A model generated the notes under the pieces. It searched no databases. It saw nothing but the letters and a program-made list of their open reading frames with translations, and was not told the DNA's origin. From an uncultured virus (IMG/VR IMGVR_UViG_3300042261_000720) (Duplodnaviria; Heunggongvirae; Uroviricota; Caudoviricetes), in the IMG/VR virus record IMGVR_UViG_3300042261_000720: 64,000 bases of DNA, one strand, 5' to 3'. This document shows positions 1 to 10,081 of the stretch, in pieces (within the stretch, counting starts at the first letter, position 1; each line of letters opens with the position of its first letter). The position numbers and the translations under genes were made by a program.

Positions 1-9
1 CGTTTGACA

Positions 10-552
10 TTAGAATGGACCACCACTAAATCCTTCTGCAACAGCATCTACATATGTCCCCTCAAAACAAATATCACCAAAAGTAGATCCTGGAGGTGCA
101 AGATTTCCCATCAGAGCATCACAAGATGCTTCTTGCCCCTGAATTAAGAATCTACCACCTTGTTTGATATTGACATCTTTACCTGCAACAATATCAACAT
201 TTTCATCAGCATCAATTACAATATTTTTTGCACGGATTCTTACTGCGCCATTTTTTTCTGCAGTTATACAAATATCTCCGTTCTTTCCAACAATCGTAAT
301 ATCTACACCAGTTGATTTTGCCTTTTGTCCAGCAACAATCTCAACAGATCCATCATTATAGATTTTATAAATCCCACCCTCAGATAATCCAACAAGTGAA
401 ACATCTTTATTTTCAGTGACACCATAAAGAGTATAGACTTCAGTTCCATTTGTCCCCATTTGGGGATTGTTTAGATCAATACGAAACTTAGGACCAAAAG
501 AATTAATACTTCTTTGATGCCATTTTTGATTACTCTTAGGTCTTTCTGCCAT
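10..552 (-). CDS. Baseplate-hub-associated protein (gp5 C-terminal/needle-like)
   Basis: Directly downstream of gp5; short beta-strand repeats (ITIVG, ICITA, IVIDA, VDIVA) like gp5 beta-helix segments. Confidence 0.45.
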   Translation of the reverse strand: MAERPKSNQKWHQRSINSFGPKFRIDLNNPQMGTNGTEVYTLYGVTENKDVSLVGLSEGGIYKIYNDGSVEIVAGQKAKSTGVDITIVGKNGDICITAEKNGAVRIRAKNIVIDADENVDIVAGKDVNIKQGGRFLIQGQEASCDALMGNLAPPGSTFGDICFEGTYVDAVAEGFSGGPF

Positions 553-2541
553 TTATTTTAAGATACAATCGACGACGTTAATTACTTCACCTTGGAATTC
601 TTGCTCTTCTATAAGAATTGGTCTCAGAAGTGCTCCAGATCCATCAGATTTAATTCTAATTTCTGGGTCATCATCCAATCTGATAGTATTTAGAGGTAGA
701 ACACGAGTCACTCTTCCATCCAAAGTCTTAATTTGATATCTGTTTCCAAATTTATCCAGTCCTTCATCATTATCACTATAACCATTTCCACCATCGAGAA
801 TAGAAACCCCATCAAGAATGTAGTTCCTTCTCCTATCAAAGTTATAGTTTTCACCCTCAGAAACTAGATAAATTTCTGTTACCTGTCCATTATCATTAAT
901 AATTGATCTTGCTTGAGCACCATATCCTTGTCCACATTCATCATAAATCTCAACGAATGGTGGATATTCATATCCTGATCCAGGATTAAGAATTCTGACT
1001 CCAATAATACTTGCAGTTGCATCTCGACCAATTCCACTGTAAGCACCAAAAATAGGAGCAGCAGAACATCCTTGCCCACCACCACCAAATATGTTAATGG
1101 TTGGTGGTTCACAAATTACTGGTGGTCCTGTAAAACAACCACCAAGAGGTGTTCTTGTTCCTGGACTACGAGTTCCTGAATTAAAGATATCAAATCCACC
1201 CAATACACTGTCAGAAAGAGACTTAGCAACATTTGCCTGTTCTAGTATTTGCCCAAATGGTGTTGGTGGAACATTAATAGGTCCTTGTCCGATTACCCAT
1301 TGAGTAACTCCACTTCCCGCTGATGGACTTTGACCGCAAGCAAGAGAAGCGGCCCCACCAGATAGTCCGTCCACTGCTGCACGTAAAGTTCCTTCGATAC
1401 TAAATCCACCAAAGAACTGAAGAATTGGACCTACAGCGCCAATTAACCCCTGCATTGCGCCAGCAATGTTTCCAATAATATCATTTACTAATGCACCAGT
1501 AAATTGATTCGCAGCACAAGCAACAAATCTCTGAACATTATTTACTACACCCTGTAGTGCTGATTTGATAATTCCACCCAATCCATTAATAATATTGTTA
1601 CTTATACAAGGAATGGCATTCTGAATTGCTTTGATTGGAGCAGACATTGCTTTTTGTGCTGCAACTCCTGCTAAGTGAGCACAAGGAGCACATTGTGTAG
1701 CAGCAAGAACAAGATTATAAACTAATTGGTATAAAAGTTTTAGACCTTTATTAAAAATTGGTGCAAGAGTTTTAAACAACTTGTTCACCATATTAGTTAC
1801 AAGTCCACTCACAATAGACTGAACTTTTCCAACAATAATATCAATCTCTCTATTAATCGTTTGTTGGATCTGAGCAGATGTATTTGTAATATCAGCGTTT
1901 AAATTTTGTACTCGACTAACTAAATTTCCAATTTCAGTTGATATTTTACTTGTTACATTACCTTTGCTTGGTGATGCTAATTGAACTTTATCTCCGATTG
2001 CACTAAAATAAGAGATCTCACCGTTTCCAATACTTTTTGCTTGTGCTGGAGAGACTGTTCTTGGACTCTTTTGTGAAGCGGAATTTTGCTCATTAGATTC
2101 ATTCTTCTGAACGCCACCATTAGGTTCTTTGATTTGATCACTGTATCCTGTAAAAGGTTGGAAAGGACCTTCATAATCTGTCGAAGGAACTTGAGAAGTT
2201 CTTCCAAATGTTGATAGAACTACAGGAATCTGAGCATTATCGCCATCGAGAAAGAATCCAAAGACAGTATCTCCAGGTTGTAACTTTACATCTGTTGCAA
2301 CGTTTGCTGCACCACTACCAGAAGTTGTAGGAATCAGAACTTGTGCCCAAGGTAGATCCTCATTGGGTAATTCTTTTTCACTATATGGATGATATCCTAA
2401 AATTCTAACCTTAGTTCTATTACCCCATCCAGATCCACCTGCTTGCCCACCCTGAGCACCAATAGGAGGAATCTGACCGATCCACCAACGAAATCCGTCT
2501 CTGCCTAGAAAATTACTTTTAAGTAGTGATTCGTCGATCAT
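553..2541 (-). CDS. gp5: Baseplate hub subunit gp5-like, no obvious lysozyme domain
   Basis: N-terminal gp5 OB-fold motifs FRWWIGQI, KVRILGYHP, LPWAQV, VFGFFLDGDNAQIPVV. Confidence 0.8.
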   Translation of the reverse strand: MIDESLLKSNFLGRDGFRWWIGQIPPIGAQGGQAGGSGWGNRTKVRILGYHPYSEKELPNEDLPWAQVLIPTTSGSGAANVATDVKLQPGDTVFGFFLDGDNAQIPVVLSTFGRTSQVPSTDYEGPFQPFTGYSDQIKEPNGGVQKNESNEQNSASQKSPRTVSPAQAKSIGNGEISYFSAIGDKVQLASPSKGNVTSKISTEIGNLVSRVQNLNADITNTSAQIQQTINREIDIIVGKVQSIVSGLVTNMVNKLFKTLAPIFNKGLKLLYQLVYNLVLAATQCAPCAHLAGVAAQKAMSAPIKAIQNAIPCISNNIINGLGGIIKSALQGVVNNVQRFVACAANQFTGALVNDIIGNIAGAMQGLIGAVGPILQFFGGFSIEGTLRAAVDGLSGGAASLACGQSPSAGSGVTQWVIGQGPINVPPTPFGQILEQANVAKSLSDSVLGGFDIFNSGTRSPGTRTPLGGCFTGPPVICEPPTINIFGGGGQGCSAAPIFGAYSGIGRDATASIIGVRILNPGSGYEYPPFVEIYDECGQGYGAQARSIINDNGQVTEIYLVSEGENYNFDRRRNYILDGVSILDGGNGYSDNDEGLDKFGNRYQIKTLDGRVTRVLPLNTIRLDDDPEIRIKSDGSGALLRPILIEEQEFQGEVINVVDCILK

Positions 2542-3890
2542 TTCTTATTATTAGCTCCGTATCTACCAAAAGTATCTCTAATAAGTTTCATCGATGTGTA
2601 AGATGAGTCAGAGTCAAAATGATGGCATAGTTCCTTAATCATATATAGACCGCTTTGCTCCTGATCATACTCTTCCTTGTCACCTGATGAAATTTTTGGG
2701 AACTGACAATTAATAATATCTCCAGCAGAGAGATTTGTATTCAGAGGAATAAGCATATCGACAGATTGAGTGAACAAAACATTATATCTCATCAGTGCCT
2801 GAGATTGATATTTAAATGGATCTGCATTCTCATCTGTGGATACATCTTTTTCCATTGTTCCAATATCAAGGCATTGAGTAATAATCCTAGTCGGAGTATC
2901 TCCAAGATCTTTACCATCAGAACCAGATAACTTAGGAAGTTTTAGTTTATCTCCTAGATTTTTTGCCTTACTGACATAATCTTCCAGTTTAAAGATACCT
3001 TTTTGAGGATCAGTAAACTCAAATGTAAGTGGATTATAAAACATACGATAACTTGAGTATGTTCCCAATCTCAATTTCTCAATCAGATTTTGATTCTTAT
3101 CAGTGGTAAAATCTAAAATATTAAAGTCACTATTTTGCTGTTCACCTTCCTCATCGTAGGATTCTTGAGCACCTGATAATGTATACGTTGCTTTTGATTC
3201 TTGCCCCATCAAACCATCAATAGATCTAAACTGAAATCCATCTTTCGTTTGATAGAAAACAAATCCCGCTGTTCCATCACCAGATGTATCACCAGGAACT
3301 GCTTTTGCTGATAACCAAGTGCAAACAGTGAATGGTTTTCTCAGATTACCAATAAATCCATATTTGTTTTGAGTCTTATCCAATTTTCCTATTTTTTTAG
3401 TTCTTAGAACATTTTCTAGAATACTTCTAATAGAAGAATCAATTGTCGAACTAGTTGGATATTTTTTTGTAACTCTTACTGTTTCGTTTGTGATCGCTTC
3501 TCTTGATGTTAAATTCAGTAAGAATGATTCTGATTGTGGATTAGATATAACTTCTGTAATACTCGAAACATAAAAATAATCATCTACCTTAGAAAAATCT
3601 AAAGGTTTATTTTTATCAGAATTAGCAGCGACTTTTATTGATACTCTTTCTCCACCCCTTAAAGGTAAACCATTGTAGATAGATTGTTTAGCACCATCTG
3701 GAGTTCCTTGCTTATCTGGTGCCTCAATACTATTACCGTCGTTTACAACTCTAATTTTTGCAGTAATCGTTGGTGAAAAAATGTCTTCATAATAATCAAA
3801 CGAAATGATACCACCTTTGATATCAACGACCCTTTTTTGATCGTTTGATTCTATAAAAGCTTTTTCATATGTAGATTTTTTTGTTGACAT
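2538..3890 (-). CDS. Baseplate hub/tail protein (gp27-like)
   Basis: YYEDIFSPTIT, FVFYQTKDGFQFRSID, SGLYMIKELCHHF; position just upstream of gp5. Confidence 0.5.
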   Translation of the reverse strand: MSTKKSTYEKAFIESNDQKRVVDIKGGIISFDYYEDIFSPTITAKIRVVNDGNSIEAPDKQGTPDGAKQSIYNGLPLRGGERVSIKVAANSDKNKPLDFSKVDDYFYVSSITEVISNPQSESFLLNLTSREAITNETVRVTKKYPTSSTIDSSIRSILENVLRTKKIGKLDKTQNKYGFIGNLRKPFTVCTWLSAKAVPGDTSGDGTAGFVFYQTKDGFQFRSIDGLMGQESKATYTLSGAQESYDEEGEQQNSDFNILDFTTDKNQNLIEKLRLGTYSSYRMFYNPLTFEFTDPQKGIFKLEDYVSKAKNLGDKLKLPKLSGSDGKDLGDTPTRIITQCLDIGTMEKDVSTDENADPFKYQSQALMRYNVLFTQSVDMLIPLNTNLSAGDIINCQFPKISSGDKEEYDQEQSGLYMIKELCHHFDSDSSYTSMKLIRDTFGRYGANNKK

Positions 3891-5743
3891 CAGAGATATG
3901 AGAGTTCTACTAAAAGTCTATTTTTGATAAAAGTATTTAACAGTTCTGATTCACTCTTTGCAGATCCTGAAGGAATTACAGATACTCCTCCTCCCCCACC
4001 GCCACCGTAACCTGGTGGAACTGCCGCGCCAGATGCTGGAAATTCTGCAAAAACAACTTCACCTTCATTTGATGGAGTAATTGATCCAGGAATATTTTGC
4101 TGTTGCATAGCAGTAAACTGTCCTGGTGCAACTCCTGCTGCTCTTTGCGCTTCTGGTAAGAACTTTTTATAGTTACCATCAGTAAAACCAGACCAAGCAG
4201 ATATTCCTTGACTTTCATAAATCATCTTCGCTGCTTTTGCGTTTAATAAAGGATCATATAACTGTTGTGGGGATGTTATTCCAATCTTTCTCAAGTTAGC
4301 AGCATGAACTGGCCAACGAATTTGCCAAAGACCATACACTTCAGTATCAGATCTCATAGATGTGGATTTTCCACGAGATTCTTGCATAGCAACTGCACCC
4401 ATAAGAACATCCAAAGGACCACTATATCCTGTAACATTAACTTGTTTAGTCATACCAACTTGTTTTGCAAGCGAAACTAATTGTGCAGTTGATAATGTCC
4501 CCCCAGAAGGTGCTGGTTGACCCATCAATGTTTGTTGTGGAGTTGGATTTGCAATTGTTGCTGGTTGTGATGTTTGAGTAACTTTAACATTTCCACCACC
4601 TCTTACATAATTGTCAATTTGTGATGCAGGATTAACTTTACCAGTAATAGTTCCATTCCAACCGCTTCCCAACTCAAAGTGTAAGTGAGGCCCAGTTGAG
4701 ACTCCAGTGCTTCCAACCTTTCCAATTACAGTTGCTGCGCCAGATTCATTCTTAATTCTTGTTCCTTGACTAACATTAATTTGACTTAAATGCCCATACA
4801 AACTATAAGTTCCATCATCGTGTTTAATGACAACATATTTTCCCCAACCGCTTTTTCCCAAATCTTTAGTTTCGACAACTGTTCCAGGTTTAATAACTGA
4901 TATTGGAGTTCCTGCTTGCCAAGGACCTCCAGAGATATCAACACCACCATGATTAGTAGAAGCACCTGCAGTTGGTCTTGTTCTAGGACCATAACCAGAA
5001 TAAATGTAAGGAGAAGCTTTTGATCCACCAGTCGCAGTCATAGATGGTCCCATATACGATGGGGGAAGTGCTGCACCACTTTGTTCTTGTGGCGTTTGTT
5101 CTGCTGTTTCTTGAGGAGTTACATCTTCGAGTTTTAAATCATCAAAAAGACCAAATCCTTTCTCAAATTCTGCAGACATCAAACCAAATTGTTTTTCGAG
5201 TTCATTCATTCCTTTCTGAACTTCTCCTGGAAGCGCAGCAAAATTAAAATCTGCAATTTGCATCGAAACATTTTTTATTGTATCCCCAAAAGATACAACT
5301 GCTCGATAAGCTGCTCCTACAAAATTACTCAAAGAAGTCCACAAAGATTCCATTCTAGCATAAAACATTTGTCCCCACTTTATCCAGGTTGGTAAATTAG
5401 ATAAAATCCAACCAATTGCTAAACTACCAATAAAATCCATGATTCTTCCCAAGAATCCCTTTCCAGGAGCACTTAATCTAGATCTTGCTGCTCCAGGTCT
5501 TCTTATTGTCAATCTTGCTGCTTCAAGTGCTTCTCTTTGTTCTTTTCTGTTTAGAGCCTCTATTTTTCTAGTATTAACTAACTGTCTATTTCTAAAAATT
5601 TCAGATCTAATTTTAGTACGACGCTCAAAAACTTTGTTAATTTTGCTGAAAGATTTCTTTGTGGCAAAAATACTAGACTTAATTGCCGAAGTTTGTTGTA
5701 GTAAATCTTCAGTTGATTTTGTAAATCCTGATACAATTGCCAT
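3890..5743 (-). CDS. Virion protein with M23 peptidase and lysozyme-like transglycosylase domains
   Basis: M23 motifs HGGVD, YGHL, STGPHLHFE; transglycosylase motifs AMQES, YGLWQI, DPLLNAKAA, AWS. Confidence 0.75.
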   Translation of the reverse strand: MAIVSGFTKSTEDLLQQTSAIKSSIFATKKSFSKINKVFERRTKIRSEIFRNRQLVNTRKIEALNRKEQREALEAARLTIRRPGAARSRLSAPGKGFLGRIMDFIGSLAIGWILSNLPTWIKWGQMFYARMESLWTSLSNFVGAAYRAVVSFGDTIKNVSMQIADFNFAALPGEVQKGMNELEKQFGLMSAEFEKGFGLFDDLKLEDVTPQETAEQTPQEQSGAALPPSYMGPSMTATGGSKASPYIYSGYGPRTRPTAGASTNHGGVDISGGPWQAGTPISVIKPGTVVETKDLGKSGWGKYVVIKHDDGTYSLYGHLSQINVSQGTRIKNESGAATVIGKVGSTGVSTGPHLHFELGSGWNGTITGKVNPASQIDNYVRGGGNVKVTQTSQPATIANPTPQQTLMGQPAPSGGTLSTAQLVSLAKQVGMTKQVNVTGYSGPLDVLMGAVAMQESRGKSTSMRSDTEVYGLWQIRWPVHAANLRKIGITSPQQLYDPLLNAKAAKMIYESQGISAWSGFTDGNYKKFLPEAQRAAGVAPGQFTAMQQQNIPGSITPSNEGEVVFAEFPASGAAVPPGYGGGGGGGVSVIPSGSAKSESELLNTFIKNRLLVELSYL

Positions 5744-5744
5744 A

Positions 5745-7367
5745 TTACGTTACCACATTATAGTTAAATTGTGAATATAAAGCATAAAAATTATCAGGAT
5801 TAGATGATCTAATCTTAGGAACATTTGTACTTGCTCCAGCACCTCCAGATGGTCTTGCTGCTGGTGGTGGGGATGGAACTGTTGCAACAACTGTTATAGG
5901 TGGTTTTGATTCTGGACCTAGACTTTCAGCTTTCACATTTGCCGATTGAGTAGGTGCAGGTTTAACATCTGCTGGTGTTGCTGTAGATGCTGTTTGAGCA
6001 GGAACTTCTCCTGTTGGTTTTGTTCCTTGCATTCCTGCAGTTGGTGTAGGAGAACCCAATGAGAGAGATTTGGAATCAGGAGTCATTGGAGTCTGTGGAG
6101 TCACAGTAAGAGTTTGTGTAGTTTGAGAAGTTCCCTCCATTCCAGGAGGAACTGCTGCACCAGAAGGAGGAAGTTTTATTTCTTGTGTTGGTTCTGTACT
6201 TGCTTCTGTTCCTTTTTGTCCTTTATCGTCTTTCTTTTCTCCCATCAAAGGAGTTTGTGGTTGAGCAGCAGGTTGTGTCTGCGCTTGTTGCTGACCCTTA
6301 GATTGCTCTTGTGCTTTCTTTAATTCTTCTCTCTTTTGTTTTAATAACTTTGGATCTGCTCCTGTTAAGTTTCCACCAAGAAATTCTGCAATTTCATCCA
6401 ATGCTACTAATGTGCCAGCACCGACTTTAATAGCTGCGCCAAATTTTCCACCAAGAGGAGAAATAGTTAATGCATTAAGTGCAGCATCAACATTTTCTCC
6501 ATTTAAAAAGTTTAATGCACCAGATGCAACATTAAGAATACCACCAAAAACATTAAATTTACCACCACTAGGTTTTCCACCCCCAGGTGGTACTGGTGCT
6601 CGACCTGGACCACCTGGGACAGTAGGACGAGTTCCTCTTACATTACTCCAACCATTTTTTATTGCATTAATTAATGCTTGGAATGGTTTAATGAATAATC
6701 CACTAACAACAAATCCAGAAACTCTTGCTGCTAATCCAGTAAGTAAACCAACAACTCTACCAATACCAACTTTAATTATGGAAAGAACTCCATTACCAGC
6801 AACTAAAAATGCAAAAGTTCTAAGAATATCAAATCCAATTTGCTTGAGAGCGTCAACATCTTTATTAGCTACCGCATCAATTAACTTAACAAGTTGCTGG
6901 AGACCCCATCCAGTTAATAATATTGTTATAGCTCTTCCAACGTTAGCAAAGGTATTGTTAACTTTATTTGATATTGCTTGTACAGGAGCAGATAAAGCAG
7001 ATTGTATCTTGTTTTCTAATCTCTGTTCTCCTTCAGAACGTACTGCTCTTTCTGCTAAACGCTTTTGATATTCTGTGTCAGCTCTTGCTGCCGCTTCTTC
7101 TAATTTACTTTCTTGAGATATTTTTAGAGCAATCGAATCTATTCCATTTCTTAAAACTCCAATTTCTTGCGAAATTGTGCTTAAACTAGAAGAAATAGAT
7201 GTAAGAGTAGATTGATTATTTTCTAAAAGTTCTTGACTTCTATCACTACCAACATTACTTGATCCTATTGGACCAATTCCTCTACCTCCACCAAAAGCCG
7301 ATCCAGAAACACGCTGGATTAATCCACCCTGAAGTGAGTTAGCTAGAGGCGAGGAAATGACTGCCAT
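5745..7367 (-). CDS. Putative tail/baseplate structural protein (tape-measure-region protein)
   Basis: Coiled-coil N-terminus, hydrophobic helices, Pro/Gln/Thr-rich tail; lies between gp51 and the M23 protein. Confidence 0.4.
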   Translation of the reverse strand: MAVISSPLANSLQGGLIQRVSGSAFGGGRGIGPIGSSNVGSDRSQELLENNQSTLTSISSSLSTISQEIGVLRNGIDSIALKISQESKLEEAAARADTEYQKRLAERAVRSEGEQRLENKIQSALSAPVQAISNKVNNTFANVGRAITILLTGWGLQQLVKLIDAVANKDVDALKQIGFDILRTFAFLVAGNGVLSIIKVGIGRVVGLLTGLAARVSGFVVSGLFIKPFQALINAIKNGWSNVRGTRPTVPGGPGRAPVPPGGGKPSGGKFNVFGGILNVASGALNFLNGENVDAALNALTISPLGGKFGAAIKVGAGTLVALDEIAEFLGGNLTGADPKLLKQKREELKKAQEQSKGQQQAQTQPAAQPQTPLMGEKKDDKGQKGTEASTEPTQEIKLPPSGAAVPPGMEGTSQTTQTLTVTPQTPMTPDSKSLSLGSPTPTAGMQGTKPTGEVPAQTASTATPADVKPAPTQSANVKAESLGPESKPPITVVATVPSPPPAARPSGGAGASTNVPKIRSSNPDNFYALYSQFNYNVVT

Positions 7368-7371
7368 TTAA

Positions 7372-7539
7372 TTACTTTTTATTTTTTAAATTTTCTTCCT
7401 CAATATATTGTTGGAGAAGAGTTACATATATTTCTCTTTCCCAAGGAATCATATTTTCAAGCTCTGTCAAACTATATTTATGATGCTGCATTAGGGCAAA
7501 ATTAGTTTTATAGTATGACTCAAGATTTTCATGAGCCAT
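7372..7539 (-). CDS. gp51: Baseplate hub assembly catalyst gp51 (55 aa, absent from ORF track)
   Basis: Hand translation MAHENLESYYKTNFALMQHHKYSLTELENMIPWEREIYVTLLQQYIEEENLKNKK; downstream of gp26. Confidence 0.8.
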   Translation of the reverse strand: MAHENLESYYKTNFALMQHHKYSLTELENMIPWEREIYVTLLQQYIEEENLKNKK

Positions 7540-7541
7540 AC

Positions 7542-8261
7542 TCACGCGAAAAAAGCAGATAGACCCTCCAGAAGAACTTCACTCTCAACTTTAGTATTTG
7601 GATTTTTAATTTTAATTGTGTGGGACAACTTAGGCATTGTATCAAAAAACTTTTCAACATCTTTAAATTGACTTGATGTTAAAGATTCTACAAATTCTTG
7701 CAATTCTTTTTTAGTGCAATCACTTGATGCCCAAGACTCATCCTCACTATAAACTTGCTCAATACAACTACAAATTAAGTCAAATGTATCATCTACAGTG
7801 ATTGCAGTCTCAGATCCAAAATTCGCTTTAATAAACTCATTTAACGATGGGTATCTCATACGAAGAGATAAATTATCATCTAACTTAATGTCTCTGGAAT
7901 GATCATCAGTTACTTGAACTTTAATTTCATCAAGACTAATACTTTTAGGAACCTGAGTTGTTCCGTCATCAGGACAAGTAATCAAAACATCTACAGATTC
8001 TCCTACAGACTTACCTCTAATATTTAAGAAGAGATACTCAATATCAAAGGTTGCTAATTCCTCAACTTTTACACCTTTAGTTTTGATACAATTTGAAATA
8101 ACTTCTTTAACTGCATTTGCTATTTGTTTTGTATCCTCAGATTCCATTGCAAGAATCAGAATTTTTTCTTCTTTAACTAAGAATGGTCTGTACTTAATTT
8201 TTTGTTTTGTAGATGGTATTTCCAACTCATAAGTTGGCGTAGAAATTGTTGGTAAAGGCAT
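7542..8261 (-). CDS. gp26: Baseplate hub subunit gp26
   Basis: MPLP..PTYEL, YRPFLVKEEKILILA, FDIEYLFLNIRGKSVGE. Confidence 0.85.
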   Translation of the reverse strand: MPLPTISTPTYELEIPSTKQKIKYRPFLVKEEKILILAMESEDTKQIANAVKEVISNCIKTKGVKVEELATFDIEYLFLNIRGKSVGESVDVLITCPDDGTTQVPKSISLDEIKVQVTDDHSRDIKLDDNLSLRMRYPSLNEFIKANFGSETAITVDDTFDLICSCIEQVYSEDESWASSDCTKKELQEFVESLTSSQFKDVEKFFDTMPKLSHTIKIKNPNTKVESEVLLEGLSAFFA

Positions 8262-8302
8262 AATAACCTATCAAGACTTCAGTAAAAATATTTAGATCTG
8301 TT

Positions 8303-9163
8303 TTATAGGGCTCTAAAACTTGTTTGAGTTATTTTATTTGCATCAAAAGATTTTGGCCACTCAATATTTGAGGTATCAACACCAGCGTCTCTTGCAAATG
8401 TAAATTTATCAGCATCTCTATAAAGTTTTGTAATTTGATCTGTACTTAAATTACTAACATTTCCACTTTTAAATGCATCTGCATAAGTTTGATTTTCTTT
8501 GTTATTACTTCTATCAAGAGATTCTGCAAGACTACTGTTTTGACCAGCAATATATCGATCATACATAAAACTCACACCCACTGTCATTATTTGAGAGTCT
8601 TGATAGGAAACAGAAATTTCATTCATTGACATTGGAAATAACCCAACAAAATTATACTCTAGTTGTCTCTTATAATCTCTCTCAAACTTAATAATTCTAG
8701 TCGCATTTGATTTGTAATAATCTGGAAATTGGAATCTTGTAATATAGTTCTTTCGAGTAATTGGAATTTCTGGTTTCTTTTCTGCAGGAGGAGTTAATGA
8801 TTGATTATGCGCTCCACTAGCAATGAATTCCATCCAATGCTCAAAAAATTTCAGAGTTTTATATTCACTATCAACATAAACCTCCATCTGAGTTTGAGTA
8901 AACTGACGATTATGTGCTACCTTTTCAGTTATCCCCAAGTAATCATAAGACTCTGCGGTTGCAAAAGCAGTTGTTGGAATACTGGCATTTCTAACCAATA
9001 ATCCAGCAGACTCTTGAATAAATCTAGAATCCACACCGCGTTTCTTTAAATATTCTACCAACTCTCTGTTTTGAGATATACCAAACTGAACCAAATAATG
9101 AGAAGTTTGGGCTAGATTGGTAAATAATGGTTTAAAATCTGATATTCTTCGAGGTGCGACCAC
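8303..9163 (-). CDS. Tail tube-like/baseplate tail tube initiator (gp54/gp19 family)
   Basis: FFEHWMEFI, FPDYYK, LFPMSM..ISVSY, VSFMYDRY; divergent from gp4; GTG start. Confidence 0.6.
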   Translation of the reverse strand: MVAPRRISDFKPLFTNLAQTSHYLVQFGISQNRELVEYLKKRGVDSRFIQESAGLLVRNASIPTTAFATAESYDYLGITEKVAHNRQFTQTQMEVYVDSEYKTLKFFEHWMEFIASGAHNQSLTPPAEKKPEIPITRKNYITRFQFPDYYKSNATRIIKFERDYKRQLEYNFVGLFPMSMNEISVSYQDSQIMTVGVSFMYDRYIAGQNSSLAESLDRSNNKENQTYADAFKSGNVSNLSTDQITKLYRDADKFTFARDAGVDTSNIEWPKSFDANKITQTSFRAL

Positions 9164-9164
9164 T

Positions 9165-9203
9165 CTAAATACCTATTATGAGTGTTTTAGTATAATTATT
9201 TAG
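9165..9203. promoter_or_regulatory. Pair of opposed T4-late-like promoters (CTAAATA on each strand)
   Basis: CTAAATA on + at 9165-9171 and on - at 9197-9203, between divergent late genes. Confidence 0.55.
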
Positions 9204-9641
9204 ATGTCATACAAGGGAAAATATAAACCATCATTTCCAAAAAAGTACAAGGGAGATCCAACTAATATCATTTACAGATCTCTGTGGGAGAGAAAGTTTA
9301 TGGTGTACTGTGATAAAAATGAGAACATTTTAGAATGGGGATCTGAAGAACTAGCACTCCCATATCGTTCCCCTCTTGATGGAAGAATTCATAGATACTT
9401 CCCAGATTTCTATATTAAAGTTAAAGAAAGTACAGGTCATATTAAAAAATATTTGATTGAGGTAAAACCAAAACGCCAAACACTAGAACCACAAGTTCAG
9501 AAAAGAAAAACGAAACAATACATATATGAAGTCACTGAGTGGGCAAAAAATCAAGCAAAGTGGAAAGCGGCGAAAGAATTTTGTGAAGATCGTCAATGGC
9601 AATTTAAAATAATCACAGAAGATGATCTAGGTATCAACTAA
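9204..9641 (+). CDS. gp4: Head completion protein gp4
   Basis: KYKGDPTNIIYRSLWE, WGSEE, HRYFPDF, IEVKP, NQAKWKAA. Confidence 0.9.
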   Translation: MSYKGKYKPSFPKKYKGDPTNIIYRSLWERKFMVYCDKNENILEWGSEELALPYRSPLDGRIHRYFPDFYIKVKESTGHIKKYLIEVKPKRQTLEPQVQKRKTKQYIYEVTEWAKNQAKWKAAKEFCEDRQWQFKIITEDDLGIN

Positions 9642-10072
9642 TGCCAAGAAAGACTCTAAAAGAAAGACAAGACGCAAAAAAATCAACAGAACAAGATCTA
9701 TATCCAACAGATACTGATGATACAAAAAATCGTGTCAGATCAGTCATAGACAACTTAAATGGTAAAGAAGATCCAGATGATATTATGTTAGAACTTTTAG
9801 AAGTCTTGGAAGAAAGCAGTGGTCCACCAGCATCTGGAAAATATTATATTTTTGTATATAATCCCAAAACACCTAATATAAAATATGATCAAAATCCTCT
9901 TGTAGGTGTTACTGATTTATTTCAGTGGGGATTTAGAGGAATCAATTTTCATTGGGGACAACCACGCCAGTACACTTGGAGTGAAGTCGCTGGTTCTCTC
10001 TATGAGGTAACTCGTTCTGAACTAAAAGATTTACAGAGTATAAATTTTGCAAATTTCAGAATAAATAATTAA
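9641..10072 (+). CDS. DNA end protector gp2-like protein
   Basis: GKYYIFVYNPKTP..YDQNPLV..GFRGINFHW; follows gp4. Confidence 0.55.
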   Translation: MPRKTLKERQDAKKSTEQDLYPTDTDDTKNRVRSVIDNLNGKEDPDDIMLELLEVLEESSGPPASGKYYIFVYNPKTPNIKYDQNPLVGVTDLFQWGFRGINFHWGQPRQYTWSEVAGSLYEVTRSELKDLQSINFANFRINN

Positions 10073-10081
10073 AAAAAATAA

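Noticed and set aside
6412..7068. 218-aa plus-strand ORF and similar ones (18187, 45650, 46001, 46682, 51550)
   Set aside because: Antisense to well-supported genes or regulatory regions, with no RBS or family signal
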